A stretch of DNA of 64,000 nt from an uncultured Chloroflexia bacterium (GCA_963793875.1 CAWCBS010000014.1:21106-85105); one strand, 5' to 3'; shown: positions 19,444 through 28,049, counted from the stretch's first letter. Numbers and translations are program-made. The notes: generated by a model from the letters alone, not told the origin.

Positions 19444-20403
19444 ATGCCAGACACGATGCGCACCGTGCGCTTCCACCAGTACGGAGAACCCGGGGACGTC
19501 CTGCGCATGGACCAGGTGGCCGTGCCGGTCCCCGGCCCCGGCCACATCCGCGTCGTGGTCCACGCCTGCGGCCTGAACCCAGCCGATTGGGCGCTCTGCC
19601 GAGGTCTGTTCGCCGGCGAGCTGCCCCGCGGCATCGGTATCGACGTATCCGGCGCCGTCGACGTCATCGGCGACGGCGCCAACACCGGCGTCAGTCTCGG
19701 CGAGCTGGTGTTTGGAACAGCTGACTGGGCCGGCGGCCCCACGGCCGGCGCCTCCGACCGCGCGATCATGAACCGCTGGGTGCCCGTGCCCGGCGGCCTC
19801 GACCTCACGCAGGCAGCTGCGCTGCCGATGGCGGTCGACACCGCGTACGCACATCTCGCGTGGCTCGGGCTCGATCCCGGGAAGACGATCCTGATCCACG
19901 GCGCCGGGAGCACCATCGGGTACGCCGCCGTGCAGATCGCCCTGCTGCGCGGCATGCGGGTGATCGCCACCGCCGGCGAGACCTTCGCTGGGCGGCTGCG
20001 TGATCTTGGGGCCACCGTCACCTCCTATGGGGATGGCATGGTCGAGAGGGTGAGGGCCCTCCGGGACGGTCCGGTCGACCTCGTCCTCAACACCTCGCCG
20101 GTCGGCGGCGCGCTGCCCGATCTCGTTCGGATCGCCGGGGGCGATCCGAAACGGGTGCTCACCATCGCCGACTTCTCCGCCGCCGAGGGGCTCGGGGTGC
20201 GTGACAGCTTCCACGAGGATCGAACCCAGCGCGTCGACGCGCTGCCCGAGTTCGCCCAGCTGGCCGCCGATGGGCGCTTCACCGTCCCGATCGCGCGAGC
20301 CTTCCCGCTCGACGAATGGCGAACGGCTCTCCAGATCAGCCTCAGCGGCCGCGCGCACGGCAAGCTCCTGCTCCTCCCGGGCCACGCGATCACCGACGCC
20401 TGA
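19444..20403 (+). CDS. NADPH:quinone oxidoreductase / zinc-type alcohol dehydrogenase-like (MDR family)
   Basis: VHACGLNPADW and the Rossmann motif IHGAGSTIGYAAVQIA are present. Confidence 0.85.
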   Translation: MPDTMRTVRFHQYGEPGDVLRMDQVAVPVPGPGHIRVVVHACGLNPADWALCRGLFAGELPRGIGIDVSGAVDVIGDGANTGVSLGELVFGTADWAGGPTAGASDRAIMNRWVPVPGGLDLTQAAALPMAVDTAYAHLAWLGLDPGKTILIHGAGSTIGYAAVQIALLRGMRVIATAGETFAGRLRDLGATVTSYGDGMVERVRALRDGPVDLVLNTSPVGGALPDLVRIAGGDPKRVLTIADFSAAEGLGVRDSFHEDRTQRVDALPEFAQLAADGRFTVPIARAFPLDEWRTALQISLSGRAHGKLLLLPGHAITDA

Positions 20404-20494
20404 CCTCCCCAGCCCGCCGGCCCTCAGCCGCCTCCCCACTGTTCGCGGCGGCGCGGTGAAGCCTGACGCCAGGCCCCCACCGGGCCGGCGAGCA

Positions 20495-21073
20495 TCAGTG
20501 CGGTGGCTGCCAGCCGGGGTCGCGACCGAAGAGCGCGACCAGTCGTGTCTGGGAGTCGGCGGCCTCCGGCACCGGAAGCGGAGGGGCGAAGAGGCCGCTC
20601 GCCTGCATGCCCTTCAGGTCGGGCAGAGTGTTCTCGTACACGGCTTGGGCCAGCTCGGGATCGAAGCGCACCAGGGCCCCGGTGGCGACGCCGAGATCCC
20701 AGGAGTGGATGAGCTCGTCGCCCCCCACCTGCCGGAGATAGGCGTCGTTGCTCACGTCGGCGAAGGAGAGATGGGCGATGGCGGTGGGCGCGCAGCCCTC
20801 GACGGCGATGAGCGCGGCGTCCGCAGCTCGCCGCCAGCTCGCCATCAGGTCCCTGCCGATGAGGTCACCGTCGTAGCGGTCGCCGACCTCGGCGATGGTG
20901 GCTCCCCGGGTCAGGTCGGGAACCCAGCAGAGCTCGTACAGCATGTGGCCCGCCAGGGCCCGCACATCCCACTCCGTGCAGGGCGTGGCCAGGCCGAACT
21001 GGGACGGGCGGACGCCCCCGACCAGCGCGGTCGCCTGCTCGAGAGCTCGGCGGAAGAGCTGCGCGCCATCCAT
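20495..21073 (-). CDS. DinB/MDMPI-like protein (mycothiol maleylpyruvate isomerase N-terminal domain type, TIGR03086-like)
   Basis: Pattern PTPCTEWDVRALAGHM..ELIHSWDLGVATG..RLVALFGRDP is typical of this actinobacterial family. Confidence 0.75.
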   Translation of the reverse strand: MDGAQLFRRALEQATALVGGVRPSQFGLATPCTEWDVRALAGHMLYELCWVPDLTRGATIAEVGDRYDGDLIGRDLMASWRRAADAALIAVEGCAPTAIAHLSFADVSNDAYLRQVGGDELIHSWDLGVATGALVRFDPELAQAVYENTLPDLKGMQASGLFAPPLPVPEAADSQTRLVALFGRDPGWQPPH

Positions 21074-21156
21074 CTCGAGGCTGAGTCTGCCACCACGGGA
21101 CCCCCCACCACAGCGTTGGCGGTAAGAAGAAGGCCACCCCGCCGCCTCTCTCTTCT

Positions 21157-21675
21157 GTGGGGCTCACCCTCTCTCCCGTGACCGCCCAGGGCGCCGAGGA
21201 AGCCGCCTTCGAGGCTGCCGTCGCCGCTCCGCATGCCGAGCGCCTCCTCCGGCTGGCCCTCGCGGTGGTGGACGACCCCGGGGAGGCTCAGGACGCGGTA
21301 CAGGAGACCCTGCTGGTCGCCTGGCGGCATTGGCCGTCATGGGCGAGGCTGGCCAACCCGTCGGCGTGGTTGACGCGCGTCTGCGTCCACCAGTGCGTTC
21401 ACCGGAAGCGTCTGCTCAATCGCTGGGTGTTCTGGTCTGCCGACCAGTGGGCTGAGGCAAAGGCGCAGCTGCCCGAGCTGGACGGGCGCCTCCTTGATCT
21501 CCATCGCGCCTACGGGCACCTCTCGCCCTCGCAGCGGGCGGTGCTCTACCTGCATCTCCAGGAGGGGCTCACCGTGGAGGGCTGCGCCGGCCAGCTCGGC
21601 ATCCGGCCGGGGACGGCCAGGAGCCACCTGGGTCGGGCCCTGAGCAAGCTGAGGAAGGAGCTCCTCGATGTCTGA
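21157..21675 (+). CDS. ECF-type RNA polymerase sigma-70 factor
   Basis: Region 2 (EAQDAVQETLLVAWRHW..AWLTRVCVHQCVHRKR) and region 4 HTH (LSPSQRAVLYLHLQEGLTVEGCAGQLGIRPGTARSHLGRALSKLR). Confidence 0.85.
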   Translation: MGLTLSPVTAQGAEEAAFEAAVAAPHAERLLRLALAVVDDPGEAQDAVQETLLVAWRHWPSWARLANPSAWLTRVCVHQCVHRKRLLNRWVFWSADQWAEAKAQLPELDGRLLDLHRAYGHLSPSQRAVLYLHLQEGLTVEGCAGQLGIRPGTARSHLGRALSKLRKELLDV

Positions 21676-21979
21676 CCCCCGAAACATCGATGAGGAGGTG
21701 AAGCAAATGGCTCGAGACTATCTTGACCACCGCACTCGCCGGGTGGCGCTCTTCTACCTCGGCCCCAGACCCGTTGTCCGGTGCCGCCGTGGGCACCTCT
21801 TCACCACCACCTGGGTGTGGGGCGGGTCTCTCAAGGCGATCCGCCTGGGGCCGGTGAGGTTCCAGCGCTGCCCTGTCGGCAAGCACTGGACCCTGGTGCG
21901 CCGCATCCGCTACTCCGAGGTGACGGAGGAGGAGATCAGCCGGCTGGCGGCGCAGCAGCACGACGTGCCGACCCCGTGA
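21668..21979 (+). CDS. hypothetical small protein, translationally coupled to the ECF sigma gene
   Basis: ATG 21668 overlaps the sigma stop (21673-21675) by 8 nt. The protein is 103 aa, has two Cys..His pairs (RCRRGH, RCPVGKH) and no TM segment. Confidence 0.55.
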   Translation: MSDPRNIDEEVKQMARDYLDHRTRRVALFYLGPRPVVRCRRGHLFTTTWVWGGSLKAIRLGPVRFQRCPVGKHWTLVRRIRYSEVTEEEISRLAAQQHDVPTP

Positions 21980-22016
21980 AGTCAGGCTGATGCCCGACGG
22001 GCGGACGGAACCCGGT

Positions 22017-22058
22017 CCACGGCTGGGAGATGGCCGGCGCCAACCTCTCCAGCCGTGG
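22017..22058. terminator. long hairpin between convergent genes
   Basis: CCACGGCTGGGAGA (22017-22030) pairs with TCTCCAGCCGTGG (22046-22058). That gives 13 bp with one bulged G and a 15-nt loop. Confidence 0.4.
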
Positions 22059-22195
22059 CCCACGGGAGGTCAGAAACCCCAGTTACCGCAGAAGAGTGCG
22101 GTCGAGAGACGGACCACGGCCCACCAGGCAAGCGGAAGGCCCACCGCGAGTCCCACCAATCTGATGGCCGCGCCTCGCGGATCCGAGCTTCGTGC

Positions 22196-22501
22196 TTAGC
22201 CGACTCGAGCGCTCTTCGGGAGCGCGGCCTCGATGATGCAACCGCCGAGGGTTGGAAGTGCCACGGTGGCCAGGGCCAGTGCAAACACCGCGACCACCTT
22301 CTGGACGGCAAACGCGGACGAGCAGTCCGCGGTCGCCGCCAGAGCGACGGCGACGATCTCCAAGCCCACGGCGGTGCAGGCAGGGCCGGCGGCGGCGACG
22401 TCCCGCCAGCGCCCGGCCCGACGGGTGGCAACCAGGGCGAGCTCCGAGTCGTGCACTTCTCGATGGTTGCCCGGATCATTGGCGGGCGCGGCCGAAGTCA
22501 C
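22196..22501 (-). CDS. hypothetical small membrane protein (2 predicted TM)
   Basis: 101-aa ORF with GC-rich third positions in this frame and hydrophobic stretches (VGLEIVAVALAATA, VVAVFALALATVALPTLGG). No recognisable family. Confidence 0.4.
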   Translation of the reverse strand: MTSAAPANDPGNHREVHDSELALVATRRAGRWRDVAAAGPACTAVGLEIVAVALAATADCSSAFAVQKVVAVFALALATVALPTLGGCIIEAALPKSARVG

Positions 22502-22812
22502 GCCATCTTCACGAGAGGTCGCCCAAGGTGTTGCCCGAAGACGGTGGAGCGCAGCCCAAAGTAGGGTGCAGGAGCTGGTCGACCGGTGTCCGCTTGAAGG
22601 GGGCTGGAGCCAAAGCCGGGGCTCGAAGGCGTTACCCGCAGCTTGGCAGATGGAGCTCGTCGAGAAGTGGCTGACACGTCAACCAGGTGGGATAGAGTGG
22701 GACGAAGTGACTGAACCGATCGACGCGCGAGAGCGGCGAACTCTGTGACCTCCTGATCGAACTCGGCCCCGGTGCGCCGACGCGAGCGAGAGTTCCTCTC
22801 AGGGCTACTGAG

Positions 22813-22833
22813 TGGTACCATATCCTGTACCAG
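22813..22833. promoter_or_regulatory. candidate yefM-yoeB operator: two GTAC-core palindromes 12 bp centre-to-centre
   Basis: TGGTACCA (22813-22820, a perfect palindrome) and CTGTACCAG (22825-22833) lie just upstream of RBS AAGAGGAG and ATG 22845. The geometry matches the paired TGTACA-core palindromes described for the E. coli yefM-yoeB operator. Confidence 0.5.
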
Positions 22834-22844
22834 TCAAGAGGAGC

Positions 22845-23093
22845 ATGGATGTGGTTGTAACTGCCAGCGACGCACGGAGGAACTTGTTTCCTCTGATTGA
22901 GCAGGTCAACAACGATCGACAGCCTGTGGAGATCACCTCGAAGAGGGGCGACGCCGTGCTCATGGCCCGTGCCGACTACGACGCCCTCGAAGCGACGGCA
23001 TACCTGCTGCGGGTCCCGGCGAACGCCAGGAGGCTACTGGAGAGCCTGGAGCAGGCCCGGGCGGGAGATCGACAAGCGCACGAGCTGGCGTGA
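22845..23093 (+). CDS. yefM: type II antitoxin, Phd/YefM family
   Basis: [55 protein letters not shown] is a typical YefM N-domain. RBS AAGAGGAG is present. Confidence 0.9.
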   Translation: MDVVVTASDARRNLFPLIEQVNNDRQPVEITSKRGDAVLMARADYDALEATAYLLRVPANARRLLESLEQARAGDRQAHELA

Positions 23094-23353
23094 TGCGGCT
23101 GGTCTTCACCCCGCACGGCTGGGAAGACTACCTGTACTGGCAGTCGACCGATCGGACAACGATGAAGAGGATCAACCGGTTGCTCCAGGACATCATCCGG
23201 GATCCGTTCACCGGTATCGGCAAGCCCGAGCAGTTGCGTCATGTCCTTCAGGGATGCTGGTCCCGCCGGATTGATGATGAGCACCGTCTCGTGTACCTCG
23301 TGGAAGGCGATGACATCGTCGTCCTTCAAGCTCGCTACCACTACGCCGATTAG
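23090..23353 (+). CDS. yoeB: type II toxin, Txe/YoeB family mRNA interferase
   Basis: [82 protein letters not shown] is a near-canonical YoeB. The start overlaps the yefM stop. Confidence 0.9.
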   Translation: MMRLVFTPHGWEDYLYWQSTDRTTMKRINRLLQDIIRDPFTGIGKPEQLRHVLQGCWSRRIDDEHRLVYLVEGDDIVVLQARYHYAD

Positions 23354-23365
23354 CAGAAGGGAGGA

Positions 23366-23413
23366 GGCTGGAGCGGGAGGCGGGGCTCGAACCCGTGCCC
23401 CCTACCTTGGCAA
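23366..23413. repeat. orphan copy of the 3' half of tRNA-Gly(GCC); att-like direct repeat (left)
   Basis: 47/48 identical to 27163-27210, with one mismatch (23398 C vs 27195 A). It covers the tRNA from the anticodon loop through CCA and begins 13 bp after the yoeB stop. Confidence 0.85.
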
Positions 23414-23583
23414 CGATGGCGTCTGATCTGAGCCGGGCCTGAACTCGAAACCGCCCCAGCGTCCTCCACCTCGCCCTCATTTCAGAAGTCGTGACCCGGA
23501 TGAGGCGTCGGTTCGCCGTGGTCCCGACAGAGGTCGGGGTCGTGACCTGCGCCGCCGGCAACACCGAGGTCGGCGACGGTGCG

Positions 23584-23994
23584 TCAGGTGCCCCAGTTCT
23601 CCCAGGCGAGGCCACCGATGCGGCGGAATTCCCCGGCGTTGGCCGTCACCAGAGTCGTGCCTCGCCGGAGCGCCTGGCTGCCTATCAGGACGTCGTAGGC
23701 GCCGATGGGGGTTCCCCCCACCTCCAGAGAGGCGCGCACCTGTCCGGCGACCTGCGCGTCGTCGTCATCAAAGTCGATGACGTCGATGGGCCCAGCCAGG
23801 AACGCCGCGAGCCGATCGGCGTTGACTTCGGGTCGCGTGCTCTTGGCCACGCCGTACCAGAGTTCGAACATGACCACGGACGACGTGAAGATCTGGGCGC
23901 CGGCCTGGCTCGCCTCTTCGAACCGTGGCCGAACCCCAGGAGGCTTCCCGTTGATTATGGCGATGCAGGCGTTCGTGTCCAGGAGATAGTTCAC
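23584..23994 (-). CDS. vapC: type II toxin VapC (PIN-domain ribonuclease)
   Basis: MNYLLDTNACIAII.. (Asp in LDTN), ..FELWYG.., ..TANAGEF. These are the PIN acidic-residue pattern. 4-bp overlap with vapB. Confidence 0.9.
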   Translation of the reverse strand: MNYLLDTNACIAIINGKPPGVRPRFEEASQAGAQIFTSSVVMFELWYGVAKSTRPEVNADRLAAFLAGPIDVIDFDDDDAQVAGQVRASLEVGGTPIGAYDVLIGSQALRRGTTLVTANAGEFRRIGGLAWENWGT

Positions 23995-24233
23995 AGCGGG
24001 TCGTCGCCCGGAGGCGTGGGCGGCTGATTACGTCCCTCGACCATAAACGGCTCCGCTCCGAAGCGGTCGAGCTCTGCGAACCAGCTCTGGGGGCTCAGGA
24101 TCGGTTCCAGGACGACGCCTTTCCCGACCCGCCGGACCCGGACCTGGTCACCGGTGAAGCGAAACTGCTGTGGCAGGCGGACCGCCTGGCTCCGCCCATT
24201 GCGAAAGAGCTTGGCGATGCCGGTGTCGGACAT
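23991..24233 (-). CDS. vapB: type II antitoxin VapB (AbrB/MazE/SpoVT fold)
   Basis: IAKLFRNGRSQAVRLPQQFRFTGDQVRVRRVGKGVVLEP is the canonical SpoVT/AbrB-like swapped-hairpin motif. Confidence 0.85.
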   Translation of the reverse strand: MSDTGIAKLFRNGRSQAVRLPQQFRFTGDQVRVRRVGKGVVLEPILSPQSWFAELDRFGAEPFMVEGRNQPPTPPGDDPL

Positions 24234-24248
24234 GGCGATCTCCTGAGA

Positions 24249-24262
24249 TACGATCTAGATCG
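24249..24262. promoter_or_regulatory. 14-bp perfect palindrome ACGATCTAGATCGT, candidate vapBC operator
   Basis: On the minus strand the order is TATATACT (-10-like), the palindrome, AGGAG, then the vapB ATG (24233). Confidence 0.5.
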
Positions 24263-24602
24263 TGAGTATATACCATTGCCAGGGTGCAGCAACCCGCGCT
24301 GGCGCGTGGCGCCACCCGTTACCCCGGCCTCCTGGACGCGCTGTTTTCACCCGCCCGACGCCCGGCGGGTCACACCGCGGGGCGCTGGACCCGGCTCGTG
24401 ATGGGCCGGGTCCCATCCGTCCGTTCGGCCACGAGCGCCAAGTACCAATGCCACGGCGGCCCGTAGGAAGAAGCGCCCAGTCACCGGCTACGATGCGTTC
24501 CGATGCTTGGCCCGCCCATCGTGGACCCACCGTGTGGTCGCCGCACCGATGCCAGCTGAGAAGGTCCGGCTCAGGATCGGTGACCTGGCCAAGGCCGTCT
24601 TA

Positions 24603-25580
24603 GAGCCTGCGCCAATAGCGTATCTGAGCAACTCGACCGACTCGGTTGATTCGGTGGCTTTAGCAGGCACAGGTGTTCGATCATCTGGGTGTCTACGCCA
24701 ACCGATCGAGGACACCCGTGCCTGCACTCCAATCATTCCTCATCGAGCCCATCTGGGACCAGTTCTCTGCGCTGCTGCCGGATGACCGATCGCCTCACCC
24801 GCTGGTCGGCCACCGGCCACGGATCAGCAGCCGGATCGTCTTCGACAAGCTGATCCAGGTGCTGGTCTTCGGTGCCGCCTACTGGCGAATCGCCGACAGC
24901 ACCTGCTCCGCCACGACCCTTCGCCGGCGTCGTGACGAGTGGATCGAGCTGGGTGTCGTGGAGGAACTGGAGCGGCGCGCCCGCGACGCCTACGACCGCA
25001 TGATCGGCCTGGAGCTGGACGACGTGGTGGTCGACGGCTGCGTCACCAAGGCGCCGTGCGGTGGCGAGCTGGCGGGCCGCAACCCGGTGGATCGGGCCAA
25101 GCAGGGGACCAAACGCTCGAACCTGGTCGACGCCGCCGGCATCCCCCTGGGAGTGGTTGCCGCCGGCGCCAACCGCCATGACTACCCGCTGCTGGCGCCG
25201 ACCCTGGACACGCTCGGGGACCTGGCGATGCCGCCGGGGGAGATGACGCTCCACCTGGACCGGGGCTACGACACCGGCAAGACCCGGGAAGAGCTGGCTC
25301 GCCGCGGCCTGAACGCCAGCATCTCCCGGCGCGGCCAGCCGGCGCCGTTGCCGGCGACCACCCGGTGGGTGGTGGAACGCACCAACGCCTGGCAGAACGC
25401 CTTCAAGAAGCTGATGTGGTGCACCGAGCGCAGAGCCGTGGTCGTCCGCTTCTACCTCAGCTTCGTCAACGCGATCATCATCGTCCGTCGGCTCATCCGA
25501 GAAGGCTGGCGGCGGTACCGCTGGGAGGGCCGGCCGACCCGCTGCCCATGACCGCGTCAATCACCTATCGGCGCAAGCTC
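24603..25580 (+). mobile_element. IS5-family insertion sequence (978 bp) with 16-bp imperfect terminal inverted repeats and a 3-bp TTA target duplication
   Basis: IRL is GAGCCTGCGCCAATAG (24603-24618). IRR reverse complement is GAGCTTGCGCCGATAG (25565-25580), a 14/16 match. TTA sits at 24600-24602 and at 25581-25583. Confidence 0.85.
24673..25551 (+). CDS. IS5-family DDE transposase
   Basis: PIWDQFSALLP..GHRPRISSRIVFDKLIQVLVFGAAYWRI..LRRRRDEWIELGV..VVDGCVTKA..HLDRGYD..RWVVERTNAW is the typical DDE_Tnp_1 pattern. The start codon is uncertain. Confidence 0.85.
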   Translation: MFDHLGVYANRSRTPVPALQSFLIEPIWDQFSALLPDDRSPHPLVGHRPRISSRIVFDKLIQVLVFGAAYWRIADSTCSATTLRRRRDEWIELGVVEELERRARDAYDRMIGLELDDVVVDGCVTKAPCGGELAGRNPVDRAKQGTKRSNLVDAAGIPLGVVAAGANRHDYPLLAPTLDTLGDLAMPPGEMTLHLDRGYDTGKTREELARRGLNASISRRGQPAPLPATTRWVVERTNAWQNAFKKLMWCTERRAVVVRFYLSFVNAIIIVRRLIREGWRRYRWEGRPTRCP

Positions 25581-27162
25581 TTAGTCACCGGGCAGGCGTA
25601 CCAGGACCCCAAGGACGCCCTGAATGAGTTCGTCTCCAACGCCGCCGACGAGTATGCGGAGGCGGGGCTGACCGGAGGCCGCATCCGCGTCGTCTTGCGC
25701 CGTCGCGGTCGGCGCCCGGTGATCGCCGTGACCGACGACGGGCGGGGCATGGATCTGGACCAGCTGCGCCAGATCGCGCGCAACCTCTTCGAACTCATCG
25801 AAGGCCGGCGACCCGCGCACCATCGGCGAGAAGGCAATCGGCATCCTCGCCTTCCAGCAGTTGGGCGGACGCTGCGACATTGTCACGAGACCCCTGGGGC
25901 AGGTGGCCACGCATGCCTTGCGGCTGGCGCGGGGCGAGGCGGTGGCCACCCTGGAGGCTGATGATCGCCGCCACTCCCGAGAGCTTCCCGGAACGACCGT
26001 CTACATCACCGACCTCGATCCGGATGTCCTGCGGGTCCTGACCGCGCGCAAGGTCACCGATTACCTCCGGCGCCGCAGGGCGGCCGCCCTTGCCCGCGGG
26101 GGACTATGAGATCGAGGTGATCGAGGGCAAGACTGCCGTGGTGGTCACGCCGGAACGGCCGGACGGCATGCGCCTCGACCTGCCCGCATTGAGCACCCTG
26201 TGGGGACGTTTGGAGTTCGGCCTGTATGTCGCTCCGCGGGGAGACCGCCTGAGGCGCGTGGCTGTGGTGGGCAGAGGCGGCACCACCATCATCGACGACA
26301 TTTGCGAACTCGAGGAGTTCGAACGATCGCCGTGGGACACGGACCAGGTGTCAGGGCAGATCGCGTTCGACGCGCTGGTCCAGGCCGCTGGGCGCCGCGC
26401 CATTCTCCGTGATCGCGATGCGTTCCCCGTGTTCCTTGATGCCGTCAGACGGGTGGAACCGGCGGTGCAGCGCGCGGTTGAGCGGGTTGCGCGAGAGGTT
26501 GACGAGGTCATCGCCGCACGCGTCTCGGAGCTGATCCGGCGGATCTTCGGGCGGGTGCTCAAGGAGCTTGCCGACCTCGACAACCCGATGCGCGCGCCGG
26601 TTGGCAACGAAGCTGGCTCCGATGGCATCTTCGAGCCCTTGCGTGAGGATCTGTCCGCGGAGAATGGGGTCGAAGCGCCATCCGGCACGGCGGTCGGCGA
26701 CCGCAACGCGCCTCCCGAGGAGCCGCCGGACCTCGAGGAGCTCGGCGAGAGGTCTGCAGACGAGGACATCCCGTTGGCGCAGGCACGGCCAGATCGGCGA
26801 CGAACCACCAGCCTGCCGACCATCGCGCCGGACCCCACCCCAGGGTCGGGGCGCAGCCGGTTCGATGCGGAGGCGGGTGTGGTCCTCTACAACGAAGCCC
26901 ATCCCGACTACCTCCTCGTCAAGGACGAGGAGGGTGCCCTCGTGGACTACCTCGCGGTACTGGTGGCGAAGGAGTACGTCGTCTACAACAATTCGCGGGC
27001 GTCAGCTGACGAGGTGACCGAGGAGATGGTCCGGATCCTGGTGCGCCTTCGACGCCACCTGCCCGGCCGGCGATAAAGGTGGCATGGCGCGCTGACCGAG
27101 GCCTCACGTAGATCCCCGGCGGGCACACGCGTTGGCCAGCGACGCGTACGCAAACGGGTGCC

Positions 27163-27210
27163 GGCTGGAGCGGGAGGCGGGGCTCGAACCCGTGACCCCT
27201 ACCTTGGCAA
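27163..27210. repeat. att-like direct repeat (right), lying within the intact tRNA-Gly
   Basis: Partner of 23366-23413. Confidence 0.85.
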
Positions 27211-27240
27211 GGTAGTGCTCTACCACTGAGCTACTCCCGC
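27166..27240 (-). tRNA. tRNA-Gly (anticodon GCC), CCA encoded
   Basis: Reverse complement GCGGGAG-TA-GCTC-AGTGGTA-GAGC-A-CTACC-TTGCCAA-GGTAG-GGGTC-ACGGG-TTCGAGC-CCCGC-CTCCCGC-T-CCA folds as a canonical 75-nt cloverleaf. Confidence 0.95.
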
Positions 27241-27348
27241 GCGCCGCCGAGTATATCGCGGCCGCCCGGCCGAGCCAGCCCAACGCGGGGTCGCCGCCGG
27301 GCCCGCACCCGGCAGGCGAGGGGAGGAGCCGCCACCCCGCCAGGAGGT

Positions 27349-27684
27349 CTACGCCACCCCCGCCCGCTCGCCCAGTTCGCGCAGCCGCTCGAAGGTGTAG
27401 ATGCCAGTTGAGTGACCGTCCGCCCAGACGGCGTTCAGCCCGTAGGCGCCGACCAGGCCGATGTCGGCGAGGTCGTCCTCGCCCGCCCCCAGATCGGGGC
27501 CGGCGGCGAAGCGCCCCGGGGATCCCATCTCCCCGGCGCAGACCGCGCACGGGCAGGCGCGGCGCAGCACCGGGAAGGGGATGTGGTGGACGGTCCCGTC
27601 GGCCCATTCCACGAGCAGGGCACGCCGGGGCTCGTCGTAGTCGAAGCGAAGCGGCCGGGTGCGGTCGGGGGCGGGGATGGGCAT
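27349..27684 (-). CDS. DUF971 (gamma-butyrobetaine hydroxylase-like N-terminal) domain protein
   Basis: LLVEWADGTVHHIPFPVLRRACPCAVC..GLNAVWADGHSTGIYTFERL is a characteristic DUF971 pattern. The start is at ATG 27684. Confidence 0.75.
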   Translation of the reverse strand: MPIPAPDRTRPLRFDYDEPRRALLVEWADGTVHHIPFPVLRRACPCAVCAGEMGSPGRFAAGPDLGAGEDDLADIGLVGAYGLNAVWADGHSTGIYTFERLRELGERAGVA

Positions 27685-27728
27685 CGGCTCGTGTCGGCCT
27701 GCGGGCGCGAAGTGCTCCTGACCCGATC

Positions 27729-28049
27729 CTAGCGGAGCACGTTCTGGAGCTTCATGGCCAGGGCCATGTCCCCCCGGACCTTCAGCTTGCCGGTCATGAA
27801 CGCCATGGTCGGATCCAGCTTGCCGGTGGCCAGGCCCACGAAGTCGGCGGCCGACATCGAGATGGTGGTGTTCGGGTTCTCGGTGGCGCCGGCGCCCGCC
27901 TCGCCCACCCCGTTTACGAGCACGATGTGGAACGGACCGCCGTCGTCCCCGCTCAGGTCGAACTGGTAGGCACCGGTGGTGTTGCCGGCCCTGCCCGGCT
28001 CGGCCAGGCGGCTGCTGACCTCGGCGAAGATCTCGGTGACGGTGGGCAC
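27729..28049 (-). CDS. SCP2 sterol-binding domain protein
   Basis: The C-terminal segment DFVGLATGKLDPTMAFMTGKLKVRGDMALAMKL is the SCP2 signature. Confidence 0.8.
   Translation of the reverse strand: MPTVTEIFAEVSSRLAEPGRAGNTTGAYQFDLSGDDGGPFHIVLVNGVGEAGAGATENPNTTISMSAADFVGLATGKLDPTMAFMTGKLKVRGDMALAMKLQNVLR

Larger units (their letters stand above)
24549..27076 (+). pseudogene. GHKL-type (HATPase_c_3 / MORC-like) ATP-binding protein, inactivated by an IS insertion plus two +1 frameshifts
   Basis: N-terminus MPAEKVRLRIGDLAKAVL (24549-24602) joins in frame across the IS to VTGQAYQDPKDALNEFVSNAADEYAEAG..IAVTDDGRGMD (Bergerat-fold N and G1 boxes). The frame shifts near 25791 (..NLF/NSSKAGDPRTIGEKAIGILAFQQLGG) and again in the G5 run 26098-26102 (..ALARG/DYEIEVIEG). 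Confidence 0.7.

Noticed and set aside
25365-25583. ORF 25365-25961 read as the true N-terminus of the ATPase (ATG 25548).
   Set aside because: Positions up to 25580 belong to the IS right end and the transposase 3' region. The authentic N-terminus lies on the other side of the IS (24549-24602) and joins in frame once the IS and one TTA copy are removed.
23414-27162. A search for an integrase, excisionase or replication gene inside the tRNA-Gly island.
   Set aside because: None of the six frames shows tyrosine- or serine-recombinase-like sequence. The only recombinase is the IS5-family DDE transposase, which does not explain the tRNA-derived direct repeats.
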